A stretch of 64,000 nt of DNA from Candidatus Magasanikiibacteriota bacterium (GTDB lineage: Bacteria > Patescibacteriota > Patescibacteriia > Magasanikbacterales > GWA2-37-8): positions 12,782 to 76,781 of the forward strand of contig JBAYGI010000003.1 of NCBI GenBank assembly GCA_041666745.1, written 5' to 3'. The notes under the pieces were generated by a model. That model ran no database searches, was not told the origin of the DNA, and saw nothing but the letters and a program-made list of their open reading frames with translations. The position numbers and the translations under genes were made by a program. This document shows, piece by piece, positions 38,928 to 48,776 of the stretch (positions are counted from its first letter, which is position 1; each line of letters begins with the position of its first letter).

Positions 38928-39509
38928 CTACAGATTGTGGCGAGCGCGGAACTTCGTGACGGCCAGAGGGATGATCCGTTCGACGTGCGCCGGAACCGTG
39001 GGATCTGGCAGGTCATCGACTGGGAACCACCCGCGCGTGTCGCTGACTTCTGGAGCGCGTTCCAAGTCGGTGAGAAACACGAAGGAGATCCCCGCGCCTC
39101 TGCCTTCGTCGCCGATCTTGTACCAGCCGAAGCCGGCGTCGCCGACGCGAACGATACTGACAGGCACCCCATATTCCCTGGAGAGTCGGAATTTTGGAGT
39201 GTTCTCATCGTCGCTTGGACGAAGAGCGGTGCCTGGCACATGCCAGTAACCGGACCAGTCGGGATCGCTATCGTCCCGCTTGATCATGAAGACCTCGACC
39301 TTCCCCGAGTCATCATTGAATCGTAGCGACACGCTTTCCCAGTACACGTTCCACGAGGACCGTGCTACCGCCTTGTACAGTTCTGTCCCCAGTGGCCTTG
39401 TCGGATCAACGCGTCGGAGCACTTCTGCCACGAACTCCCTATATTCTGCGCTTTCTGGATCGAAGTCCTTGAGCACTTCAAGGACATCGTTCAAAATTTC
39501 AGTCATCAC
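38928..39509 (-). CDS. High-GC (~58%) foreign ORF encoding a degenerate Nudix-fold-like hypothetical protein
   Basis: 193 aa; WHVPGTALRPSDDENTPKFRLSREYGV resembles a Nudix box lacking the catalytic glutamates; AGGAGTGG SD; composition unlike host. Confidence 0.5.
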   Translation of the reverse strand: MMTEILNDVLEVLKDFDPESAEYREFVAEVLRRVDPTRPLGTELYKAVARSSWNVYWESVSLRFNDDSGKVEVFMIKRDDSDPDWSGYWHVPGTALRPSDDENTPKFRLSREYGVPVSIVRVGDAGFGWYKIGDEGRGAGISFVFLTDLERAPEVSDTRGWFPVDDLPDPTVPAHVERIIPLAVTKFRARHNL

Positions 39510-39569
39510 TCCACTCCTGACGGGATTTAACCCGAGTAGTTGCCGAACCTCTGTTGATCAAAAAAGCTT

Positions 39570-39605
39570 ATAACTATAACACAAAACAGACATTCTGTCA
39601 AATTG
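39570..39605 (-). promoter_or_regulatory. Near-consensus sigma70 promoter (TTGACA-N17-TATAGT) on minus strand driving the high-GC ORF
   Basis: Reverse complement of 39570-39605 reads aatTTGACAgaatgtctgttttgtgtTATAGTtat; lies immediately 3' of the giant surface protein gene. Confidence 0.45.
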
Positions 39606-42600
39606 GCCATTGAAACCAAAGTGTCGGATCCCAAAATGTTTTAACATTCATAAAATTTCTTGAGTCCATATTATTGAGATGTAGGATTGGTAACGGATCC
39701 ACACTACCCGACAAAATACCGGTATCCAAATTCATCAAATTGGTATTATCCAGTGTCAGCTCCCCACTAAATATTTTTATTCCATTGGTGTTGGCCACAT
39801 TTGGTTTTGATCCGATATAACCAATCGAACTATTGTTTATTACTACAGTTGAATTATTTATTTCCAAAGTATTTCCAGACGGTTTACTATCCAACAACTG
39901 ACAATTTTGCATATCCAGTTTGCCGTTTTTTACTGTCACCATCCCCTGATAGGTATCGTTCCAAATCGTACCACGCCCGCCGGAGATGTTGGCGTTTTTA
40001 AAACCACCTTTACCACCATCAAAAATAATTCTACCCCAATAATTAATTATTAATGGTTGAATCGCCGAGATATTTATTGGATCATTTTCTGTTCCATTTA
40101 AATTTAAAATACCTTTTACCAAAATATTTGAATACTCCGGCATTTTAATATTGGTTCCGGCGGAGACATTTAGAGTTATGTTTGGTTCAACGGTGATATT
40201 TTGCCAAGTCATCGGAATATCTTTTTCAACAGTGAGATCAGTAGAAATCACCGCTTGGTCTATAGCGACATTATTTGCAATATTATTACTAAAATTTATT
40301 TGTGACATTTTTGGCCAAATATTTTTTACATAAACCGGACCATTGATATTTGTAAAATTATTTAAGCCAATATTTTCCAATTCCAAACTGCCGTCATAAT
40401 TTTCTATTGCCAACACACCATTTTTAAAATCCGTATTTTTAACAGTCGAAGTTGTTTTGGATAAATAAATATTTGTGTCCCCGCTATCACTGAAAATAGA
40501 ATTATTAATATTTAATCCCGCACTGACAGCCCGCACTGCTTGAGAAACAAATGGGTCATAAGTATTGGCACCCGGAGCTTTGAAAGCCTTACCGGCATAG
40601 CGCATATCCAAACCGGACAAATTGGCGGTTGAACTGGCATACAACAATAGCCCCTGCCAATCTTTGGCCAAAGCACTTCCCGATCGAGTACCGATAATAG
40701 TTTTGTACCCTTCCGATTCAAAATTTACATCTCTGCCGGATGTCATAATCACTCGACTGTCGCTGGTGCCATTTATATTCAAATTCCCTTTGATATCAAT
40801 TTTGGAATCCGCATAATAAGTTTTTATTACCACTCCCGAATCAATGTTGAAAGTTTTACCAACCGGAATTTCATAATAAGTTAAAATATACGGATAAATA
40901 CTTTTTTTCAAAGTGCGATCGGTTTCAACCTGACGACTCTTGAGAACTATCGATCCAAAATTTGATTGCTTTGGTGAACCGTTGAGTGGAAGATCATCAC
41001 CACCGCCATCTACTTTGCCTGTGAATCTCGGACCTTGGTTTGTTTGCCAATTGGTTGAATTATTTCCGGGTAAACGTGAATTTATTTTTTCCATCGAAGA
41101 ATAAGTAACGTCGGAACCGGCAAACCAAGTACTACTACAATCCACTTCATCCACGAGCTGATTGTTTCCGTCCAACAAACGCAGGCGCTCACCACTATTT
41201 TTTAATGCACCGGAATAAATAATGTCTGCCGGAATTTCATTGACTGTGCGATCGTCGGTGCGTTCAAATAAATAATAACCATTTTTGGGAATGATACGAT
41301 TGACGATTTTTCCAATACTAATTTCTTTATCTCCGATCATAAGTTTCCACCACTTGGAGGTGTTGGTGGCGGAAAATAAATTTATATCTTGATCGGTGTT
41401 GTTGTATAACTCGATAAACTCATCTTGGTCGGTGACCGAGGACGTGCCTGCCCAGGCGATTTCGTTTATTACTACGTCGGGGGCGGGTGGAACTGGATCT
41501 GGGATTTCGGGAGTGGATGTGGGGGTGGTGGAGGTTGGGGTGGTGGAGGTTGGGATTGTGGAAGTTGGGGTTGTATCTGGGATGGTTGAGGTGGGAATTT
41601 CGATAGGTGTGGTTGTGGGGGTGATTGGGGTGGTGGTGGGTATTTCTATGGTGGTAGTTGGAATGTCGATTGTGGAGGTGGGAGTTTCGATTGTGGAAGT
41701 AGCAACAGGTACGGTTGTTGTAGGAACAGGTGTTTGAATAACTACGACTGGATCAGCAACTGGGATTATGGTCGGATTGGATCCGCCACCGCCTCCACCT
41801 CCACCGGTGGAATGTTCTGGTGGTTGAATTGGAGTTGGATTATTTATTGGTGGGTTTGGTGTTGGTTGGGGTGGTGATATGACTGGTTGTGTAGTTGGAG
41901 GTGTGTTTGGTGCTGGATTTTGGTTTACTGGAGGTGTATTGTTTGGGGTATTGTCGGACACGGGATTGTTGGTATTTTCTCCGGATGTAATTTGATCATT
42001 TGGTGTTTGAGAATTGGCAGAATCATAAATATTTTCCGCTACTGAAATTATGTCTCCAACTCCAGTGTCTATCAAGCCACCTAAGCCAATTCTAAAAAAT
42101 GGCAGTTTTTCGGTTTCATTTTTTTGTACATCGGAGAGGAATAATTTTATGGTGTTGGCGCTGTAACTGACGGCTTTGGGGAGGAGGTGGGAGGCGTAGT
42201 CTTGGAGGATCACACTGTTGTTTACCATGTTTTTATCTTCTTTCCAATCAGTACCACCTATCAAATGACTTTTTATTAAATTACTATCACTATCTTTAGT
42301 CGAAGCAACATATAGATCAACTGCATTATTAAAATTATACGGATCCAATTTAGAAATTTTATGTACACTATACTTACTATTTTCAATCGTCTTGTCACTA
42401 TAAAAATTACTATTTGAATATTTAGCCGCATCATTAAAAATATCTTCTAGACTATTTTTATCAGCTACCTCACTTTTAATATTTTTACTTATTGTACTCC
42501 AATTATTTTTTACATAACTTTCATACGAGTCCGGTGGAATAGCATGAATACTGTCACGTGTATGAGCTGGCACCAACATATCAGATACCAGGTGAATATT

Positions 42601-43023
42601 GTGACCTAATTCTTTAAAAGCCAACTCTTTGTTGCCTTTACGAAAATCATTTATTGCTCTTTGCCAACTATTATCACCCAACGAAAAAGCGGTTTGTTTG
42701 TCATAATCTTTTGCCCAAACTTTGGCGGAATCATTTTGTTTTCCAAAAAATAATCCGCGATTGTATATCGGATCATAAAAATGATTTAACCATCTGGTCG
42801 GTTGATCCTCCTCTACTGTGCCGGTTTTGATCCAACCAAGTTGTTCAACTGAAATTTTTTGACTGTTGTTTTGATTGTATTGTTTCACGGCCAAATCGGC
42901 AATTCCGGGATGGGCAACGTTGGAATCATAACAAAAAACTTGGCGCACGAACGCCAAGTTTAAAAAAATAACAAAAATAATAAAAACAAATAATTGAAAA
43001 CACTTATCCCCTCCCTTTTTCAT
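39598..43023 (-). CDS. Giant secreted multidomain protein: zinc-dependent phospholipase C / P1-nuclease-like domain, Pro/Thr-rich linker, Gly9 run, lamin-tail domain, right-handed beta-helix repeats
   Basis: 1141 aa; signal peptide; HFYDP and HNIHLVSDMLVPAH (zinc PLC/S1-P1 motifs); VVINEIAWAGTS...DEFIELYN (LTD); NxxG-type beta-helix repeats C-terminally. Confidence 0.75.
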   Translation of the reverse strand: MKKGGDKCFQLFVFIIFVIFLNLAFVRQVFCYDSNVAHPGIADLAVKQYNQNNSQKISVEQLGWIKTGTVEEDQPTRWLNHFYDPIYNRGLFFGKQNDSAKVWAKDYDKQTAFSLGDNSWQRAINDFRKGNKELAFKELGHNIHLVSDMLVPAHTRDSIHAIPPDSYESYVKNNWSTISKNIKSEVADKNSLEDIFNDAAKYSNSNFYSDKTIENSKYSVHKISKLDPYNFNNAVDLYVASTKDSDSNLIKSHLIGGTDWKEDKNMVNNSVILQDYASHLLPKAVSYSANTIKLFLSDVQKNETEKLPFFRIGLGGLIDTGVGDIISVAENIYDSANSQTPNDQITSGENTNNPVSDNTPNNTPPVNQNPAPNTPPTTQPVISPPQPTPNPPINNPTPIQPPEHSTGGGGGGGGSNPTIIPVADPVVVIQTPVPTTTVPVATSTIETPTSTIDIPTTTIEIPTTTPITPTTTPIEIPTSTIPDTTPTSTIPTSTTPTSTTPTSTPEIPDPVPPAPDVVINEIAWAGTSSVTDQDEFIELYNNTDQDINLFSATNTSKWWKLMIGDKEISIGKIVNRIIPKNGYYLFERTDDRTVNEIPADIIYSGALKNSGERLRLLDGNNQLVDEVDCSSTWFAGSDVTYSSMEKINSRLPGNNSTNWQTNQGPRFTGKVDGGGDDLPLNGSPKQSNFGSIVLKSRQVETDRTLKKSIYPYILTYYEIPVGKTFNIDSGVVIKTYYADSKIDIKGNLNINGTSDSRVIMTSGRDVNFESEGYKTIIGTRSGSALAKDWQGLLLYASSTANLSGLDMRYAGKAFKAPGANTYDPFVSQAVRAVSAGLNINNSIFSDSGDTNIYLSKTTSTVKNTDFKNGVLAIENYDGSLELENIGLNNFTNINGPVYVKNIWPKMSQINFSNNIANNVAIDQAVISTDLTVEKDIPMTWQNITVEPNITLNVSAGTNIKMPEYSNILVKGILNLNGTENDPINISAIQPLIINYWGRIIFDGGKGGFKNANISGGRGTIWNDTYQGMVTVKNGKLDMQNCQLLDSKPSGNTLEINNSTVVINNSSIGYIGSKPNVANTNGIKIFSGELTLDNTNLMNLDTGILSGSVDPLPILHLNNMDSRNFMNVKTFWDPTLWFQWPI
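41400..41960. repeat. Coding low-complexity tandem repeats (Pro/Thr/Ile-rich linker)
   Basis: Repeated gtggaggttgggg-type units on the + strand (complement encodes PTTT/IPTST repeats). Confidence 0.7.
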
Positions 43024-43066
43024 ATATTATATTGTTTATCGTAAAAATTAAGTTATAAAAAAATAA

Positions 43067-43570
43067 TTATAAAGATTTAATATACCAAATACCAGACGTG
43101 GTTTTTATAAATTCCATTATGTTTCCAACTTTTTTACCTTTAGAAGTACCCGCATAAACATATGTCGCCTCCCAACTATTTTCAGTATCCTTGTGAATTT
43201 CTTTTATATCATTCATCATCACCGGTAATAATCCCTTGTTTTTAACTCCAATTAAAAATTCTTTCATCCCCACCTTATCCCCCTCCCGAAAACAACAATC
43301 CACCGCCTCATCAAAATCCTCTTTTTTCAATGCCGCCAAAAATTTCTGATGAGTTTCTTCCGGTGTCTGGATGGTAGGCGCTAAATTTTCCGGATTTTGG
43401 GAATACAACGCCTCCAACTGCGCCGGACTATAATCTGAAAACGGAAAATCCGGCCTTGCGGTACCGGATAAAACTCTGGCTTGTTTTTTTAAAAACCAAC
43501 CATAGGCGCTAAAAATGGCCATTAAAACTAAAATTACAACCACCAAACACACTACAATTTTCTTGCGCAT
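43067..43570 (-). CDS. Secreted or membrane-anchored hypothetical protein
   Basis: 167 aa; N-terminal hydrophobic signal/anchor. Confidence 0.4.
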   Translation of the reverse strand: MRKKIVVCLVVVILVLMAIFSAYGWFLKKQARVLSGTARPDFPFSDYSPAQLEALYSQNPENLAPTIQTPEETHQKFLAALKKEDFDEAVDCCFREGDKVGMKEFLIGVKNKGLLPVMMNDIKEIHKDTENSWEATYVYAGTSKGKKVGNIMEFIKTTSGIWYIKSL

Positions 43571-43597
43571 AGTTTTTGTGAGTTAAAAAATAAAAAA

Positions 43598-43642
43598 TTT
43601 TTAAAAAAAATCTCGGTGGTAAATTTTCCAATCCGAGATTTC
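43598..43642 (-). terminator. Rho-independent terminator ending the minus-strand glycan operon
   Basis: On minus strand: gaaatctcgg-loop-ccgagattt followed by a T-run. Confidence 0.55.
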
Positions 43643-43726
43643 ATTCCCCCTCTTTTACTCATTACTGAAACTATTATAACACAGTTTTATTTTACACTCG
43701 AATATGTTCTGTGGATAACTTTTTAT

Positions 43727-44632
43727 TTACTCTACATTCCACACTTTTTTCAATTCTTTTATTCCATTTTCCAAATCAATTGTCGGTTCCCATTTCAATA
43801 ATTCTTTGGCACGCGAGATGTCGGCCTGAATATTTTTCATTTCTCCTTTGCGTTCCGGAATTTGTTTTCTGTCACCATCGATGAGGCTGGCTATTTCATT
43901 TACACTGCTTTGTTTGCCGGAACCGACATTAATACTCAACCCACCACCAACAGACGACTCCCACGCCAAAATATTGGCTTGTACCACATCCTGAACGTGC
44001 ACGTAATCGCGCGTAGCCGTACCATCACCGACAATCGTGAGAGGCAGGTTATTTTTCTTCTGATCCAAAAATACTGGGATAACCATCGGGTATGAGCCAT
44101 TTGCCAATTTACGCGGACCAAACACATTGAAATAACGCAGACAAACTGTTGGTAAATCAAACAAACTGGAATACAAACGACAATATTGTTCCCCCATCAA
44201 TTTATGCAAACCATACGGACTCAGCGGATTTGTGCCCTCACTCTCATTTATTGGTAAAGTTTTTACATCACCATACACCGCGCAAGAGGAAGAAAAAATT
44301 ACTTTTTTGACACCATTTTGTCGCGCCGCTTCCAACACATTTATCGTGCCGGTAACATTTATTTCATGAGTAGTGATCGGATCCTCTATGGAAACCGGCA
44401 ATCTAGGATCAGCTGCCAGATGAAACACGGCGTCTGCTCCTTTAAAATATTTAACTATTTTTTTATAATCGCGAATATCTTCTTTGACAAAATCGGCCTT
44501 TTTGTTAACAAATTCTTTTTTGCCCAGCATTAAATTGTCTATCACTATTACTTCATGACCTAGCTCGATCAATTTGTCCGCCAGATGTGAACCGATAAAC
44601 CCCGCTCCGCCTGTGACTATTAATTTTGACAT
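43727..44632 (-). CDS. NAD-dependent epimerase/dehydratase (UDP-hexose 4-epimerase-like)
   Basis: 301 aa; TGGAGFIGSHL; YxxxK. Confidence 0.7.
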   Translation of the reverse strand: MSKLIVTGGAGFIGSHLADKLIELGHEVIVIDNLMLGKKEFVNKKADFVKEDIRDYKKIVKYFKGADAVFHLAADPRLPVSIEDPITTHEINVTGTINVLEAARQNGVKKVIFSSSCAVYGDVKTLPINESEGTNPLSPYGLHKLMGEQYCRLYSSLFDLPTVCLRYFNVFGPRKLANGSYPMVIPVFLDQKKNNLPLTIVGDGTATRDYVHVQDVVQANILAWESSVGGGLSINVGSGKQSSVNEIASLIDGDRKQIPERKGEMKNIQADISRAKELLKWEPTIDLENGIKELKKVWNVE

Positions 44633-44633
44633 A

Positions 44634-46043
44634 TTATTTTCCTTTTAAAAATGGACTCCCGACCGCTATGATATCATAGCCTAAATTTTGTAATTCATCA
44701 AATTGGGTAGCCAACATACGACGACCATCCATTATTAAATATGGAGGTGGACAAACTTGTTTGATCGTATCCCCTGCTTCGCGAAACTTTGACCAATCGG
44801 TCAAAATCATACAAACATCAGTACCAACCAAGGCTTCTTTTTCGGAATTAAAATAACTAATTATTTTATAACGTGAATCTTTTTCGGCATTAAATAAATT
44901 TTTAAACATCGGCGTGGCGGCCGGATCATAAATTTTAATTTCTTTCGCGCCATCGTCAATGAGGTGGTAAACAATATCTATCGCGCCGGAGTTGCGAATG
45001 TCGTTGGTGTTTTGTTTGAACGCGACACCCAAAATGGCGACAGTTTTATCCTGATAATCAAAACCGGCTTGTACTTGAGCGCGTTTGTAAAAATTATCTC
45101 GCTGTTTATTATTAATTAATAATGACTGTTTGATATAAGAAACGTCGGCGCCTTTTTTCTCCAACTGATAAGTCAGTGAAGCGGTGTCTTTGATAAAACA
45201 ACTGCCACCGGCAAAAAAACTACTGTAAAGCCCCCAATCATTTGCTCCGATGCGCGGATCGGTGCCAATAATCTTTTTCAGATTTTCAAAATTCAAATTA
45301 TCAAAACTTTCACTGGTTCTACCCATGACTTCAAAACAGTTGGCCAATTTACTCATCAAATAATAGTTGGCCAACAATTTTCCGGCCGCCGCTTCTTTGG
45401 GGTTGACCTCGATATATTTTATATTTTGTATTCTAATAAATTTTTCATAAATACTACGAATAATTTCAAAATCTTGTACCTGCCAAGCGCCCACAACAAT
45501 TCTATCCGGATATAGAGAATCGTGAATGGCCTTACCTTCAACCAAAAATTCCGGATTGGAAGCGACGCCAAAATTGACCACGCCGCTATCGCGCATCATT
45601 TTTTCCGTATCATCCACCATGTCGATTGGCACGGTGCTTTTATTTATTATCAAAACATATTTTGTTTGCGCGCCACCATTTCTACTTGCCAAACTTTGAG
45701 CTAGTTGTTGGGCCGCTATATTGTAATATGTCAGATCCGATTCACCTGATGACTCGGTTTTTTCCGGAGTGGGCAGACACATGAAAATCGCGTCCACGAT
45801 ATCCAGTTCGTCTTTCACCTGATTGTAATCGGCGGTAAATTTTATTTTTTCTTGGTTTTTTATCAACATGTCCGCCAGCCCTTCTTCAAACAAACAAGAT
45901 TCGATTGTTGAGACATCGTTTGATCCGAGTTTGCTGATTTTGGTCTGATCGATGTCATACAACAAAACATCGTGACCGGAATCGGCCATCACTGCGGCGG
46001 AACATGTGCCGACAAAACCGGCGCCGATGTAGAGGATTTTCAT
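44634..46043 (-). CDS. Nucleotide-sugar dehydrogenase (UDP-glucose 6-dehydrogenase / UDP-ManNAc dehydrogenase family)
   Basis: 469 aa; N-terminal GAGFVG NAD-binding domain; catalytic Cys region GGSCF. Confidence 0.8.
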   Translation of the reverse strand: MKILYIGAGFVGTCSAAVMADSGHDVLLYDIDQTKISKLGSNDVSTIESCLFEEGLADMLIKNQEKIKFTADYNQVKDELDIVDAIFMCLPTPEKTESSGESDLTYYNIAAQQLAQSLASRNGGAQTKYVLIINKSTVPIDMVDDTEKMMRDSGVVNFGVASNPEFLVEGKAIHDSLYPDRIVVGAWQVQDFEIIRSIYEKFIRIQNIKYIEVNPKEAAAGKLLANYYLMSKLANCFEVMGRTSESFDNLNFENLKKIIGTDPRIGANDWGLYSSFFAGGSCFIKDTASLTYQLEKKGADVSYIKQSLLINNKQRDNFYKRAQVQAGFDYQDKTVAILGVAFKQNTNDIRNSGAIDIVYHLIDDGAKEIKIYDPAATPMFKNLFNAEKDSRYKIISYFNSEKEALVGTDVCMILTDWSKFREAGDTIKQVCPPPYLIMDGRRMLATQFDELQNLGYDIIAVGSPFLKGK

Positions 46044-46045
46044 AT

Positions 46046-47137
46046 TTATTTTTTCGTTACTTCGTTATAAATTTTTTGTGTTTCGGATAACATTTTATCA
46101 ACTGAATAATTTTCTATTATTGATAAACGAGCAGAATCTCCAATTTGTTTTCTTAAATCTTTGTTTTTAATTAAATCTTCTAATACAACAGGTAACCGTT
46201 CTGAATTTTTAATTAAGAATCCATTTTTACTATTTATTATTTCATTCAAACCACCGACATCTGAAGCGATCACCGGCAAACCAACACTCATCGCTTCTAA
46301 CACTGACAACGGCAATCCTTCCCATTGGGATAATAAAACAAAAATATCGGATTGACACAATACTCTCAAAACATTTTCTCGTGTTAAACTACCCAACATT
46401 TTCACTTCATTCATCTGATTGTTTTTTATAAAATTTTCCAATTCAGTTTTTAACGGACCGGTGCCAACAATCGAAACTTCTAAATTTATTTTTAAATTAT
46501 CCGGTAAATTTTTTATCGTCTGCAATAACATTAACGGTTGTTTTGGTAACGCTAATCTGCCAACAAAAACTATTTTAATTTTATCGTCAGTCTTATTTAC
46601 TAATTGACAATCGGTTTCTACTCCGTTATAAACCACGTCAAATTTATCTTCTTTGGCAATATGGTATTTTAACGCCAAATCTTTAACAAATTTAGAAACA
46701 CAAATTATTTTAATACAATATTTTGCCGCTAATTTTTCTCCGATAATCGCTAGTTGTTTTTGGATAAAAGGCACGCCAATATTAAAACCCCAACCATGGG
46801 CGGTATAAAGCGTTGGAACTCTATTCTGAACCGCCAATCTACCAAGAAACCCCGCCATCGAGCTGTGACAATGCACAACGTCCGGTTTAAAATCAGATAC
46901 TACAGTTTGTATTTTTTTGATTGAATTTAAAAGATTAAACGGATTAAAACTATTGGAAAAATAATTATTAGCAAAAAATTTTCCACCAATCTTTTTTATT
47001 TCATTTTCCAACCAGCCACTAGGATATGACATCACCACCACTTCGTGGCCTTGAGATATAAAATACCGGCTCAACTGTAAAACATGAGTTTGCGCGCCAC
47101 CTTCTTCGGATTTTGTGATTAGGTATAGGATTTTCAT
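46046..47137 (-). CDS. GT4 (GT-B fold, group 1) glycosyltransferase
   Basis: 363 aa; EGLPLSVLEAMSVGLPVIASDVGG motif. Confidence 0.75.
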   Translation of the reverse strand: MKILYLITKSEEGGAQTHVLQLSRYFISQGHEVVVMSYPSGWLENEIKKIGGKFFANNYFSNSFNPFNLLNSIKKIQTVVSDFKPDVVHCHSSMAGFLGRLAVQNRVPTLYTAHGWGFNIGVPFIQKQLAIIGEKLAAKYCIKIICVSKFVKDLALKYHIAKEDKFDVVYNGVETDCQLVNKTDDKIKIVFVGRLALPKQPLMLLQTIKNLPDNLKINLEVSIVGTGPLKTELENFIKNNQMNEVKMLGSLTRENVLRVLCQSDIFVLLSQWEGLPLSVLEAMSVGLPVIASDVGGLNEIINSKNGFLIKNSERLPVVLEDLIKNKDLRKQIGDSARLSIIENYSVDKMLSETQKIYNEVTKK

Positions 47138-47916
47138 GTTTTTTTGAGAAAAATTTTTACAAAAAACAACCGCACTGATCTGCGCAATAACGCAAAAAAA
47201 TAATTGGGGTAATCATTTTTATACCTGTTTATTATAACTAAATTATCTTCTAACGCATTCACAATTTTGATTCTACTAACATTCTGACCATGCTGGCAAT
47301 AATTTACAAAAATACTTGGAATATTTATCAATCTCCCTAATCGTCCTAATCTTAAAAACAAATCATAATCTTCCCCAACCTGCAAAGACTCGTCATACCC
47401 GCCTGATTTTACAGCTAAATCTTTTTTAAACATTACACTAGAATTTACAAATGGGTTTTTAAATAAAAATTTACTACGAATTTGGCCGTCTGTTGTAGGG
47501 TTCAAAAAACTATTCTTTTTGTTTCCTAATCGATCTACAACCTGATAACCACCACCAACTAAAACAAATTCGCCGCTTTCTAATAAATCAAATTGTTTTT
47601 GTAATTTATTTTTATCCGACCAATAGTCGTCGCTATCTAAAACCGCAATATATTTACCAGATGATAACTGCAGTGCTAAATTACGAGACTTTCCTATTCC
47701 CAAATTAGTGTCATTTTTAAAATATTTAATTCGAGAATCTTTTTGTATGTATTCCGAAACCAAAACTGCGGTATTGTCGATAGAACAATCATCCACAATA
47801 ATTAGCTCCCAATCTTTAAAAGATTGCACCAAAACACTGTCTATTGCTTTAGATAAGAAATCTTCTCGATTATATGTGATAATATTAACACTTACTTTTG
47901 TCATATTGTAGTCCAT
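47134..47916 (-). CDS. GT2 glycosyltransferase
   Basis: 260 aa; VNIITYNRE ... IIVDDCSIDNT. Confidence 0.75.
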   Translation of the reverse strand: MDYNMTKVSVNIITYNREDFLSKAIDSVLVQSFKDWELIIVDDCSIDNTAVLVSEYIQKDSRIKYFKNDTNLGIGKSRNLALQLSSGKYIAVLDSDDYWSDKNKLQKQFDLLESGEFVLVGGGYQVVDRLGNKKNSFLNPTTDGQIRSKFLFKNPFVNSSVMFKKDLAVKSGGYDESLQVGEDYDLFLRLGRLGRLINIPSIFVNYCQHGQNVSRIKIVNALEDNLVIINRYKNDYPNYFFALLRRSVRLFFVKIFLKKT

Positions 47917-48752
47917 TCAGAAGGCAACAGCTCGCTCGTGTCAATATTGGATACCAACAACCAACGAGACGGCGCTACCACGATCTTCTGTGGATTCTGA
48001 TTTAACCATGCCCCCCACCAACTAAAAGTGCTGTTAGCAATAATCTGATGCTTACACAAACTCATCAACAGTAGTTCTTCGGCGTTGCTCAAAGTCGGCC
48101 TAGAAACAAAAACCATCGGACTGTCAAATTTGAGGTTTTCTCGCGCCCAAGCGATATCGTCGGAAAAAATAAACAACTTAACACTGGAATATTTTTTCTT
48201 AATTTGATCTAAGCCCTGTTGGTAATATTTAATATCACAAAGACCATTCCAATTTTTACAAGAAGAAGAGTAGTCACCTCGCCTAACATGAACAGCAACA
48301 GATTCACCTGACAACTCAATATCGTTTTTTGTCTTTTGCGCATCCTGAGAATAACCATTCTTTAAAACAAAATCATCCAACAACGTCTTCCTAATGGAAT
48401 CGGGGTATTTATAACTTTGAAAATACCCATCGAGATAAACATTGTTTTTCTTTTTTAATAACCCGGAATGAAAATGATAAAAATAGTTTCGATCTAGACG
48501 AGCACGGATCTTGTTAATTATTTTTGAGAAAAAACAAGGCATGACCTGCTCTCTCTCTTGATCCGTCACTTCAACTAAATTTATTTTAAATTTATCAATA
48601 TCCAAAGTTCTTGGAGTTTCACTATTTTTAATATTTTGAAACCATGACAAATCAAATTTTAATTCATCGTTCCAATCCAAAGACAACCGCCGACCAAGGG
48701 CGTATTGAAACATCTGATTGCCTAAGCCAGCTTTAATTTTTACGACAATCAT
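47901..48752 (-). CDS. GT11 alpha-1,2-fucosyltransferase-like glycosyltransferase
   Basis: 283 aa; GLGNQMFQYA family-11 signature. Confidence 0.75.
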   Translation of the reverse strand: MIVVKIKAGLGNQMFQYALGRRLSLDWNDELKFDLSWFQNIKNSETPRTLDIDKFKINLVEVTDQEREQVMPCFFSKIINKIRARLDRNYFYHFHSGLLKKKNNVYLDGYFQSYKYPDSIRKTLLDDFVLKNGYSQDAQKTKNDIELSGESVAVHVRRGDYSSSCKNWNGLCDIKYYQQGLDQIKKKYSSVKLFIFSDDIAWARENLKFDSPMVFVSRPTLSNAEELLLMSLCKHQIIANSTFSWWGAWLNQNPQKIVVAPSRWLLVSNIDTSELLPSEWTTI

Positions 48753-48776
48753 AAATTATCTGATACAATATTTAAT

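Noticed and set aside
41400-41960. Regular short repeats that could superficially resemble a CRISPR array
   Set aside because: They lie inside a long open reading frame and encode a Pro/Thr/Ile-rich linker. There are no unique spacer-like segments of uniform length, no leader and no cas genes.
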